DNA from: Proteromonas lacertae
Taxonomy: Eukaryota
Reading direction: 5' to 3'
NCBI GenBank assembly: GCA_002245135.1
Contig: NGBS01000916.1
Coordinates: forward strand, 1 to 49,248
DNA length: 49,248 nucleotides
Numbering within the stretch: the stretch's first letter is position 1; each line of letters starts with the position of its first letter. Both the position numbers and the translations under genes were made by a program. Shown here in pieces: positions 28,201 through 40,103 of this stretch. The notes beneath the pieces were generated by a model, which was given only the letters and a program-made list of their open reading frames with translations, searched no databases and had not been told where the DNA came from.

Positions 28201-31200
28201 TAATTATCTCTATTAAACTCTCTACACAATCTCTCAATAATTTACTCACATCATATAACTTGTGCGTTTCAAACGCATCTTCTATTAATTTGGTAACTAT
28301 TACTCTTGCAGCACATAATATTATTTGACCATTATATTCACTAATTGTTTGTAAAGTACATATTTCAGTTAAAGGAATCTTACAAACAGTATGAATATAA
28401 TACTTTAATGAATGGTTCAATGAATCTTGTATATTAATCATCATATCTGTTATATTTGTATTCTTTCTAAATGGTAATGTAAAGTTAAACACCTCACCTG
28501 AATGGCACTTCATTCCTATTACATGTTTCTCTTCTTCATCTTGTTCAATATCTTCTAAACCATTGAATAATTGATCGACTAATATCTTAATCGCTTTCTT
28601 ATCAGCTTTTTCTGTTAAATACTTTGATAATTGATCATTGGATAATAAATACAAACGTGGTGCTTTTTCTCTCAAACTATTAATATAATTCTGAAAACTC
28701 TTTTCTAATAAATCCAATGATTCTTGTAAATTAGCCGTTTTACTAATCGTTTCAATATCATCCAAAAAATCTTTCCATAATTTGCAATCACCAGCTTGAA
28801 GTATAATATAATTATATATTGATTCACATTGAGTATAGTAATTCTGTACTTCTTCAGAAAATGATTTTAAATTACCACTTTGGAATATTCCAGTATATCT
28901 CATCCATGAATATTGAGTATTGTAATATTTATGTAATGAACTTTGTCTCAATCTTACTACTCTTGCAAATTTCTTAATATCATTTTCATATAATGTCACA
29001 TATTTATCTTGTAATAACAAATCACATCTCACTATCTGATCTTCAATTGTTTCTTCAATATATTTGATAATTGGACCAGCTAAATGTGGAATATTGACAA
29101 TATCATTAGGTGGAGATACTTCATAAGATTCATTATTCCAAAATAATTTCATTTTTTCTAATGAACTTTCTACACGATATTCTCCTCTTGCATCACCAAT
29201 CAAATCTCTCAATTTCTCAATATATTTATCCAACTCTGTTCTTATTAATGAACTTAAACATAATTCAGGACCATGGTAGAATTTCAATCCAATTATCTTT
29301 TGTATTTCCTCCCAATGTCTTTCCTTTATACCAGGTATACCTAATAACAATGCTAATTCACGATGTTTAGTAACAAATGATTCTAAACCTCTACGAACTA
29401 ATTGTAAATCTTGTACAAGTGTTGGATAATTATTCACTTTAATAATGAATTGTTGTACTTCATCATATAATTGATTAGATAGTTTTATACAATCACTTAC
29501 ATTCCAATCTTTAAATGGTTTATTATACCATATTTCTCTATATTCGAAATAGGTTTGAATGTTTGTCCATATTTGTGCTAATAATGATAATTGAGATCTC
29601 ATATTACTAACTGCTATGTTATAATTAGATACTTCTTGACCCATTCTATTTTCAAATGAATTCATTTCATTGCATTCAACTTCTAAGGCAGATAATTCTA
29701 CTTTAATCTCTTCAATTGAATTTTTAATACTTTTAGCTACAGAAATACTAAATCCTGATTTTTGATATAAATCTGTAATCTTCTTTGCAACATCTGATCT
29801 TTTCTTTGACAAATTTGATCTTTTACCATCCAAACTCTCACAAATAGACATTCTTGACTTTAACAATGAATCACTACATTTAGTAATTGATTGAACAATA
29901 TCAAATTGATAATTATACATCTTAGTAAAGACTACTAAGGGTTCTAAATACTTTGGAGTTGGAATATTATCTAATAAATAGACTTGATGTTCAGATATTC
30001 CATTTGCACCATAACATTCAAGGTTTATTCTTTGTATTCTTATTCTACAATCATCTAAGTAATTCTTTGCTATTATATATTCATCTATTGTAGTTGGCAT
30101 TATTTCTAATTGTTTAGACATTGTATCATATTGATTAATAACTTCTTGACATTTTACAAATATATAATCAATAAATATCTTTCCAATTATTACACCAATT
30201 TCATTATATCTTTTCTTAAATGCTTCTAAATATTTCTTACAATTTAATTTAATAATTTTATAGAGCATTAATTCTTTATAAACCAATGTAATATTCGGAA
30301 CAGCTAATTCATAATTATCAAGGAAATCTCTATATATTTCCAATGGTTTAGGTAATACAATATCATTATTATCGTTAATCTTTATATTATTATCACCAAT
30401 TGTATTAACTCTTAACATTGGAGTTTTCACTCTCAATATTTCACCTAAATATTCATCTTGAAATATAATATCATTTGGTGATATTAGCTGTATATATTCA
30501 CTTATATCATTACTATCTATTGAGAATGTATATTGTATCTCTTCAATGGTATTAGTTACATCTAATATATGCAAACTTATACCTCTTATATTTTCATTTA
30601 AATCAATTATATTCTTTCGATTGTATTTTACCATATCATCGATTAAATTAGAAGTCAATTGATATTCTATTCTTTTATAAGAAGATGTCATTTGGATTAA
30701 ATGGTTAATGATGTTAATACACTCATTGTTTATATCGTTTAATGTTGGAAATATATCACATTTCTTAGTATTCGTGTTATAAACTAACTCTACTTCAATT
30801 AAACAAGAATGATAGTATTTATCTCTATTAACAATTGATAAAAACTGATTAAAATGCTTCAAATAATCAGATGCAATATAATACAAATGACTTGACATTA
30901 ATGCAGATGCAGTGTTAAACAATTGATTATATCTTCTCACTATCACTTGAATTTCTTCATTAGAATTTGATATTTTTAAGAAATTTGGTTTATGTGGAAG
31001 TGGTGGAATATAAGCTGAGTTTTTATGAGTCATTAATAACATATATTCATGAAAGGATGTATGAATATCAGGACGATAAAACCCTTCCATTGGTTTATGC
31101 TGTAAATATCTATTCACCTCCTCAACAAATGGTTTTTCTATTTGAACAACTTTATTCTGTATTATATTCAATATATTTGGGAAATAGGATGTTCTTATTA

Positions 31201-32388
31201 CATTATCTATATCATCAATTAGACGAATTAACTTTGATCTAAATTGTTCTAGTGTTTTAGGGTATTCTGATATTGTTGAATAATCAAATGTCTGCTCAAT
31301 CATTGGCAATATAATACCTAATACATCTTGATATACACTATTAATTGAAATTAATAATTCATCTAAACATAAATCATCTATAATATTATTTTTATAATTC
31401 TCTATATTCTCATGTTTAATAATTCTTCTTGCTTTATTTACTTCTTCATTGAACATTGGAGGTATGGATAGTACTTTATTACATAGTTCTCTATCTATTA
31501 ACAAGTTATCCATTAAGTTTTCATCTCTTATATAATATCGTAAAGTTCCATATTTTAATGAATGAATATATTCACTATACATCTCAGATATTAAGGTACG
31601 ACAGTGTTCTACCACTTGTGGATCATCAATCATATGAAGTGGTAAGTTTAAATAAGATAATATATTATATACAGTCTTCATAGATAAATTAGACAATGCA
31701 TCTGGATCAACTATCTTTTCAGCCAAATCGTGGAATTGACTCTCATTAGAAGGTACATCTAAGTGAAAATCAGGATTCTCTAACAATGATGCTTTGGATA
31801 AGTCTAATGTTTGATTATCCTCATTATTGTTCTTTGAATCACCATATAGTTCAGATGTTCCTTTTATTAATGTTCGTAATATATCAGCTCTAGTTGGAGC
31901 ATCACAAGGTGGTGGTTCATACACAGTATTCCACCTAATTTTCTTCACTTTCATCTTTTTACCTTCATAATTGTCTTTATGAGATGGTGACATTATTTTA
32001 TCTATTGGTTTTTTCTCTGCTCTTGGATATTCTCTTATATTATGTTGTATTGGAATTTTTATATTTCTCACTTGAAGTGTTGATGCACTTGGTTGATATT
32101 TGGTTGCGATTCTGTCTGATGGAGTTTGGTAATCTAAAACATCTGGATCTAAAGCAAGTGATAACTGTTTATCAAAATCATCTGAAGGATATGGGATTTC
32201 ACTACATTATATTATTATTATATGATTCTATACGGTATATATTCTACATCTAGATTTAATTGTACACTACTCAGAGACGAATGTGTCATTGCACTGGTGC
32301 TACTCTTGGTATCTTTGAGTGTAGATGTTGGTAAACTTCTAGCTTTTTGTTTTACATTAAGAGGGGAATTATAGGATCCTTTATTCAT
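19271..32388 (-). CDS. Highly divergent dynein heavy chain (4361 aa), probably derived from an axonemal inner-arm type; one intron 32202-32233
   Basis: PGIKERHWEEI, REKAPRLYLLSNDQL, FEWVGQMKSY, YGYE..RIVITP, AAA2 GHPGAGKTT, stalk and MTBD-like segment, WNIEGIPS, FIDPLG..IRWI, GKWLVLLDC. ATG at 32388 splices in frame to the 4266-aa ORF. Confidence 0.9.
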
Positions 32389-32452
32389 TATTTTAAAACG
32401 AAACTTTCAAAAAACGAAAGCTTGACAGGTTTGATTAAATCTATTTTGAATA

Positions 32453-34130
32453 ATGATTAATAACTCTTTTAGTTTATCTAAATTTTCTTCTAAAGTATAT
32501 TGTTTGCATTATTTATGGTTAGATATCTATTTTAAACAATATAAAAAGATCATTTTCATTGATTTCTACTCCAATATATTATATTAATGGTGAACCACAT
32601 ATTGGAACATTATATTCAACTGTATTAGCTGATTTCTTTCATCGATGGGAAAAACTGAAAGGTAATGATACTTACTTTACAACAGGAACTGATGAGCATG
32701 GTTCCAAAGTGTATCAAGTTGCACAAAAATCTGGATTTGATACTAAAAAATATTGTGATGTTATGTCTTCCAAATTTGAAAAAATGTGTAGTCCATATTG
32801 TATTGAGTATGATAGGTTTATTCGTACAACTGATGAAGATCATATAGAAACTGTACAAAAATTATGGAATGAATTATACAATAAAGGATTGATATATAAA
32901 GGTGAATATAAATCATGGTATTGTAGATCAGATGAATCTTATTTAACACAATCACAAATCACAAAGCAAAAAATAAAAGGAATTGATTATTATTTTACTA
33001 AAGATACATATAAACAAGTAGAATGGATCAATGAAATTAACTACAAATTCAAACTATCTCAATTCAAAGATGATATAAGAAAATGGTTATTATCAAAAGA
33101 TGATATCATTACACCAAAATCTCAGTTACAGAATATATTAAATATATTAGATAATGAAGATATATCTGATTTATCAATATCAAGAACTAAATCAAAAGTG
33201 CCATGGGGAATTGAAGTTCCAAATGATAAAACTCAAACTATTTATGTTTGGTTTGATGCTTTATTGAATTATATCACTTCCAGTTATAAGTTAAATCATT
33301 GGCCACCTTATTGTAATATAGTTGGTAAAGATATATTGAAATTTCATACAATTTATTATCCAGCAATTTTGATGGGTTTAGGATATGAATTACCGAAACA
33401 TATTTTAATACATAATCATTGGACAGTAAATAAACAGAAAATGTCAAAGAGTTTAGGGAATGTTATTCTTCCTGGTGATTTATTAAAACCATTTAAATGC
33501 GATGTAATTCGTTATTATTTATTGAGAAATAGTAATTACAATAGTGACAGTGATTTTAGTATTGAAGGGAATTAAGAAATTGAATAATACTGAATTAGCT
33601 GATATTGTTGGTAATTTAATAAGTAGAAGTTTCTCTCCAATATTAATGAAATATTGTAATGCTGTAATGTGTAAAGATAGTGTGAAATTGACTGATATTG
33701 ATAGAAAACTGTTAGATTATATGAAAGAAGTGAAAAAGAATGTAACAAAATATTATGATTCTTTGTATTATTATAAAGGGATAGATGAAATGATTACTTA
33801 CTTGAGGGAAGTAAATAAATACTTGGCTATTACTGAACCATGGAGAATAGCAAAAAATAATGATATATCTGCTATTGAAAAAGGGAATCAATTATCTTCC
33901 ATAATCTATACAATCTGTGAGTCAATAAAAATGGCAGGAGTGTTTTTATATCCTGTTATGCCTTCTTGTATAAATTATTTGATATTCTGTTATTCATAGC
34001 TGCATTAAGACTATTGAATGTTGTAGTTCCAGGTATTACTGATGTAAAATACTCAGTTCTTGATGAAAATACCACTTATGAAAAAAGATTTCTAAAAAAG
34101 TTCATGCCTTTTAGGAAATTTAGAGATTAA
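32453..34130 (+). CDS. MARS2: Mitochondrial-type methionyl-tRNA synthetase; introns 32495-32522 and 33968-33999; one 1-nt insertion at 33567-33569
   Basis: STPIYYINGEPHIGT, TGTDEHG, FIRTTD, IYVWFDAL, GKDILKFH, KMSKSLGN. Ser/Lys-rich presequence ending KRSFS. Confidence 0.92.
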
Positions 34131-34339
34131 TTTTTATAGAGGTATTTCTTTGCTTTCCAAATACGACATTACATAATGATTTACTAAATTCGCTGATGAT
34201 AAAAATAAAAATGACGATTGTAATGGTTTGAGCTACGCTTGAGTGAAGATGATTGGTTTATTTCTCTTCAGTTTTAAAAATAAAAACTTCACATCTTCTT
34301 AAATACTTTTAGATAGATATCCCTGATAAAATTATTAGG

Positions 34340-35191
34340 ATGCCTATAAGGAATTTTTTTAATCAATATAATGACAATTATCCGCAAGGAATACTATATG
34401 ATGCTGATATAAATCGCAGTACTAAGCGGAAACGTGCACTGTCTAATGAAAATGTAAATAAATTAAAAATAGTAGTATGAATATGTTTTAATATCCCATT
34501 AGAATCATTTCTCTGTATGTATAACTAGAAATAGTAATCTCAACGGAATATTGAGATTAGCTCATTCTATTGAACAATTAGAATGTATATTATTTTTTAT
34601 CTTATTTTGCATAGTAAACTCTGTAAATGATGAAATTGTATGCTGGTTCATTGAAAATATAAAGACATTCCCTAATATCACATCCATATCTCTTCATTGT
34701 CTATCTGCAGAATCAACAGATAAATTATTATTCACAATTTCAGAATTAATATTAAGTCAGACATGGTTTATAACATCTTTTGATTTGTCAGATAATGTCA
34801 TCACTGATGACCAGTTCGAATATATATTAGAATCACTTTCATTTAATCAATGTGCTTGTGCTTTAGTAGAAAGGTTGATATTACACAATAACAGACTGAG
34901 TGGTAAAACGTTAATTCCTTTAACAAACCTTATATCAAAGTCATACTTCCCTCGTTTAAGTGATTATTCAATTAATGGAAATTGTATAAGTGTAACTGAT
35001 TTTGAAAAGATTATGAATGCTCTGAAGAATGGAAATTGTCAGAATATTCCATATATGAAAGTAGTTTGTATGATTTTATTGTTCTATTTTGTATTTTTAT
35101 AGATGAAGCTTCAAAAGACTTGAAAATAGAAAATTGGTGTAGAAATCGGTTGAGAACTCAGTCATTTCGGGATTTAAATACTCTTACATAG
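34340..35191 (+). CDS. Leucine-rich repeat protein; introns 34475-34502, 34585-34614, 35068-35102
   Basis: FDLSDNVITD, LILHNNRLSG, YSINGNCIS. Spliced frame is open from ATG 34340 to TAG 35191. Confidence 0.75.
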
Positions 35192-35350
35192 ATCATTGTT
35201 ATATAATTTACACAGTTTTACATTTTGATTATAGATATCTTATATGTTAATAAGTAGCTGCATTATTAATTAATTAATTAATTTGATGGTGTTAATTACA
35301 TATTTAGTAAGGATAAAAATGAATATAACATTAAATTACATTAATTCTTA

Positions 35351-37385
35351 CTATATAACCTCTTTCATTCTATGACACATATTAATTATCACCATAAGAG
35401 TATGTGGTCTGATTCCTTCAATTTTAGATGCATCATATATTGTTAGTGGTTTAATTCTGTTTAATTTTTCATATTCTTCAATAGAAATACCTACTAATTC
35501 TTTATAATTGATATTCTCAGGTATTACTAACTCTCTTTGCCTTTTATATGATTCAATTTCATTTTCTTGCTTTTTAAGATAGTTTTCATATTTACATTCA
35601 GTTTCTATTTCTGTTTTTATAGTTAATGGAACTTCATTAACATCTTTTCTTTCATTTATCATTTTATTGATATTTTCTATTGTTATATTTGGTCTTAATA
35701 ATATTTCCCAATAACTTCTGCTTTTATCTGATTGGATATTATACTTCTTCAATTCTAATGGTTTTAAATTAGTTGATTTTAACATATTTTTATATTCATT
35801 TATAACTCTATATCTATCAACCATTTTATCATATCTTTCTTTACTAACACATCCAACTTCATATCCTCTTTTAGTCAATCGATAATCTGCATTATCTTGT
35901 CTTAATAATAATCTATATTCACATCTACTAGTAAACATTCTATAAGGTTCTTTAGTTCCATTGGTTATTAAATCATCAATCATTACTCCTATCATACTTT
36001 CACTCCTATCTAAAATGAATTTATTCTTCCCTTTACTGATTATATCCAATGATGCATTTATTCCAGCAACGATTCCTTGTCCAGCTGCTTCTTCATAACC
36101 AGTTGTACCATTTATTTGACCTGCCAAATATAATCCTTTTATTATCTTTGATTCTAATGTATGATATAAATCTTGTGGATTACTAAAATAATATTCTACT
36201 GAATAACCTGGTCTTATTATCTTACATTCTTCTAGACCTTTGATTGTGTGTAACAATTCTAATTGAGTTTCATATTTCATTGCTATACTACATCCATTTG
36301 GATAAACACTATTTGAATATAAATAATCATCTGATAAAATATCTTCTGGTTCTAACCATATTGTATGTGAATCTCTTGTTGGAAACATTATTATTTTCTT
36401 ATCAATTGAAGGACAATATCTTGGTCCTATTCCATCTCCATTGTTACTGTCATATGATGGTAATTCTGGCATATGTTTTCTTATTATATCATGTGTTTTT
36501 TCATTAGTTGATGTTTTATAACATTTAATAAATTGTTTTTCATTTGGTAATTTTGAATTATTATAAATATTCAAAAATGATAATGGTATTGGTGGATTAT
36601 CACTTTCTTGAATTAATAAGCTATCAAAATTGATTGTTTTAATATCAATTCTTGGTGGTGTTCCTGTTTTTAATTGTTTCATATCAAATCCATTTGATTT
36701 TAATTGTTCAACTATATTTGAGTATGTTGATTCTGGTTTTAGAGTGTTTTTATAGTATCTTCCACCATCTTCACTATTATGTGATATAAATACTTTTCCA
36801 CCTAAAAATGTACCTGTTGTAAGAATTATATGGTTAGAATATATTTCTTTCTTTTCTTTTGTTTTTTCATTATCAACAATTATTCCTTTTATTGATTTGT
36901 TATTCTTATCAATTATTAGATTCTTCACTATTCCTTCATATTGGATTAAATTGTGAATGTTCTTCAATATTTTTTGCATATTTTGTGTGTACAAAGTACG
37001 AGACATCTGAACTCTATTTCCTTGAACCTATATATTTATAAAATATGAATGAATGAATAAATTATACTGCAGCTCCTCTCGATCTATTTAATACTCTAAA
37101 TTGAATGCCTGAAATATCAGATACAACTCCAATTAAGCCATCCAAAGCATCAACTTCTCTTACTATGTGACCTTTGCCAATTCCACCAATGGAAGGCTAA
37201 ATTGTTACAATATGTAATAAAAATACATTACATGACATATCTCCAATAGTATTCAAGCTTTTACTAACCAAACATGTCTTTAAACCCATTCTTGCAGACA
37301 CAGCAGCAGCTTCACATCCAGCATGTCCACCACCTACAACAATCACATCATAACTGATTGACCTTATTAGCTTTACAAAATTCAT
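35351..37385 (-). CDS. MTO1: tRNA U34 modification enzyme MnmG/GidA/MTO1; introns 37197-37226 and 37028-37067
   Basis: [71 protein letters not shown]. Confidence 0.95.
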
Positions 37386-37464
37386 TTAGTTTGATATGAA
37401 ATGAATTTTAGTATGAAAGGTTTGAACTTTCTCAAACCCAAAATTCAAGTTTTTGAAATTATAT

Positions 37465-37972
37465 ATGTCTCTATTGCCATTTTTACTAGAAGAGAGTAAT
37501 TTTCATGATCAAAAAACGCAATCGAAAAGATATTATTTAAAACTAGGAAAGAATATACTGTTTGGATCAATCAAGTTTAAAAACTATTATGGAGGATTTG
37601 TAAGAATATTTACTGGATCAGATGGTATATAATTTAGGAATTATTTATGATTATAGATAGCACAAACTGGAATTTGTATATAGATAAACAGCAATTGATG
37701 AATAATTATAACTGTGAAAATGATTCTCAACAATGGCATGTAATCCACCTAAATTTAACAAAACCATGTAATAGAATAAGAATTGACATATTTCAACCTT
37801 CTCCCCTTTGGAATAAAGTATATTATTATTTACACTTTATATTTTATAGTTTGAATTACAAGAAATAAGTGTAATTCATGAGCCAGTCATTTCTTCAATT
37901 AAACAAAAAAATAATACCATATTGCCATCTTCAAATGATATAATTAGTTTATTTCGTCTTATAAAGACTTAA
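37465..37972 (+). CDS. NICN1: Nicolin-1-like tubulin polyglutamylase complex subunit; introns 37625-37656 and 37818-37849
   Basis: Spliced protein has IKFKNYYGGF, W....DKQQLMNNYNCENDSQQW and IRIDIFQPSPLWNKFELQEI, matching recalled NICN1 motifs FKNYY, LM...H.E..AQ and LRQPSPLW..F. Confidence 0.8.
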
Positions 37973-38129
37973 CTTAATATTTAAAATATAAATTTATACA
38001 TTTCTAGTATAAAATAAAACAAAAAATAATCATATATATATTTTTAATTATATTAATAATATAATAACCATTTATTAAATTGTCCCTTTTTATATAATAA
38101 TAATAATAATATAGTACAAACATAAATAC

Positions 38130-39107
38130 TTATAAATGATAAACAAAATCTTCATCATCATCAGCATCTGCAGGTTTTGGATCAGGTGGTAGCATATCAT
38201 ATTGATCAACATGTATACCACATTCTTTTAATAAATTGTTGAAAAATATTTTTCTACAAGTATTAAAGTAAGGATCTGACATATCCATCATCATAGTAGC
38301 ATTTGCATGTTTAGGCATCATCTCAGGATCATATTCAGGATGTGGACCACATAATACAGCTTTACCTTTACCTACATTACATGATACTGCAGCAATTGCA
38401 TCATCTTCAGTAAAATTCTTATTTGTATGAGGGAAATAATATGCAAGTACTTTATAACGATCATCATCCTTTACATAAGGTTTAAAATGTGGTCCACCGA
38501 AAAACCAACAACTGGCAGTGAGAATTGTTTCAACTAGTGTAGGATAAAAGAATGGATATAATATCCAAACACTTCTTGCATAAGACTCATCAGTATAAGA
38601 AAATCCTTCATATGCTGGACCATCAGCTATACCTGGGAAGAATTTCAATTCTCTTTCACCTTGTACTTGGAGGTTTCCACCTGTATCGAATTGCACTTGA
38701 TCAGTACCATAATAGGCACCAGCACATATTCCAAAATAACTACCACCTTCTTCTACAAACTTTCGAATTCTTTTATTACCACCTGTTTTTTTACCTTGAT
38801 TATTACTCAGTGCTTCTACGTATGGCATATCTCTACCACCAGGAAATACGATTAATTTAGTATTTGCTTCCCAATCTTCAGATATTACCTGTTCTGGGGT
38901 TATAGACTTCACATTGTATTTGTCTAAGTTGCAAAACTTTTCTATTGAGAATTTAGTCATTTTATATCCAAGAGGACTCACACCTTCACCTTTATAAATT
39001 CGAATGTCTTTCTTCTTTGTTTCAGTGCTGAAACTTCTTGAAACTATTGATCCTGGCCTAATAGATTTATTAATAAATATTCTATCTATATGAATAAGTC
39101 GATTCAT
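38130..39107 (-). CDS. Stand-alone biotin-protein ligase N-terminal (BPL_N, class I GATase-like) domain protein with probable mitochondrial presequence
   Basis: IYKGEGVS, FPGGRDMPY, FVEEGGSYFGICAGAYY, ELKFFPG, GKGKAVLCGPHPE. No ligase domain follows. Intronless, with first ATG at 39107. Confidence 0.85.
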   Translation of the reverse strand: MNRLIHIDRIFINKSIRPGSIVSRSFSTETKKKDIRIYKGEGVSPLGYKMTKFSIEKFCNLDKYNVKSITPEQVISEDWEANTKLIVFPGGRDMPYVEALSNNQGKKTGGNKRIRKFVEEGGSYFGICAGAYYGTDQVQFDTGGNLQVQGERELKFFPGIADGPAYEGFSYTDESYARSVWILYPFFYPTLVETILTASCWFFGGPHFKPYVKDDDRYKVLAYYFPHTNKNFTEDDAIAAVSCNVGKGKAVLCGPHPEYDPEMMPKHANATMMMDMSDPYFNTCRKIFFNNLLKECGIHVDQYDMLPPDPKPADADDDEDFVYHL

Positions 39108-39547
39108 GATTAAAAACAATTTTCAAATCTTTTTAATTCAAAAATATATTCGTTTCTATGATAATCAAAGTTTGATTAGCGTTTGTTGTTTAGTATTGAA
39201 AATGCAATTTTACTATTTTTTAGGGATATTTATGATGTTTTTAGTATGTTTAGTATACTTAAATCACAATTTATTCTTATCCTCAATACAAAAAACACAG
39301 AATTTAAAAGATATTTATAAATCAGTAGTAGTTATGCATGCATCTTCTCCTACATATATATAGTACTATTAGGCTCCTGTGACGCAGAAACGCCTAGTTT
39401 TCAAAAATGCTGATTGGCTGAAAACTCAACGGAAGTCGTTTCTGATTGGCTGTAATTTTTCGCACCCCCAAATTAAAAAATAATTTTCTCGCACCCTCAA
39501 AAAATTCAAAAAATGCGTAATCAGTATATATAGTAAATCATTATTAT

Positions 39548-39952
39548 TTATTTACATATATGTCTATTTTCAAAATGATTCCAGAATTTGAGATTTATAT
39601 CTTCTGGTGTAGGCTTTTTTCTAACATGATCATTACACCATTTTTCTCCAAGAGAAGTACTAACTGTTATATTGGTGGCTATTGGAGGCATTACTATATC
39701 CATACAATGTTCAACAAAAGCTCCAGGCAAAGGAACTCGATAATCTACAAACGGTTCTTTTCTATCAGGATCTGAATCTACTCTAATAAACACATAATAA
39801 TTCCCAACTATATATTCATCATTACAACAATCTGGTATATCAATAATCCAACGATTATTAAAACGCATATGCTGATAAATAGCAAGCATTATCTTACCTT
39901 CATAATAATAAGGATAGATATAATGCACATATTTAGGAGGATTAAATGACAT
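39548..39952 (-). CDS. Hypothetical 134-aa protein
   Basis: Intact ATG-to-TAA ORF with protein-like composition and no intron. Confidence 0.65.
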   Translation of the reverse strand: MSFNPPKYVHYIYPYYYEGKIMLAIYQHMRFNNRWIIDIPDCCNDEYIVGNYYVFIRVDSDPDRKEPFVDYRVPLPGAFVEHCMDIVMPPIATNITVSTSLGEKWCNDHVRKKPTPEDINLKFWNHFENRHICK

Positions 39953-40103
39953 AATTAATATTCAAATGCAAAATACCAACATCTGAACGATTATTGGTTA
40001 ATGCAAAATGCAAGTGCATGAATTTTTATTGGTTTATTAATGAATGAATATTCTAGAAAATTCAAAAATGAGTAATCAGTATATAGTAAAACAATGTTAC
40101 TTA

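Noticed and set aside
23532..32253. Short ORFs overlapping the dynein gene
   Set aside because: Antisense or off-frame by-products with no recognisable motifs.
12359..39107. Stop codons created by polyadenylation (Blastocystis-type)
   Set aside because: Every complete gene here has a genomic stop at a plausible position.
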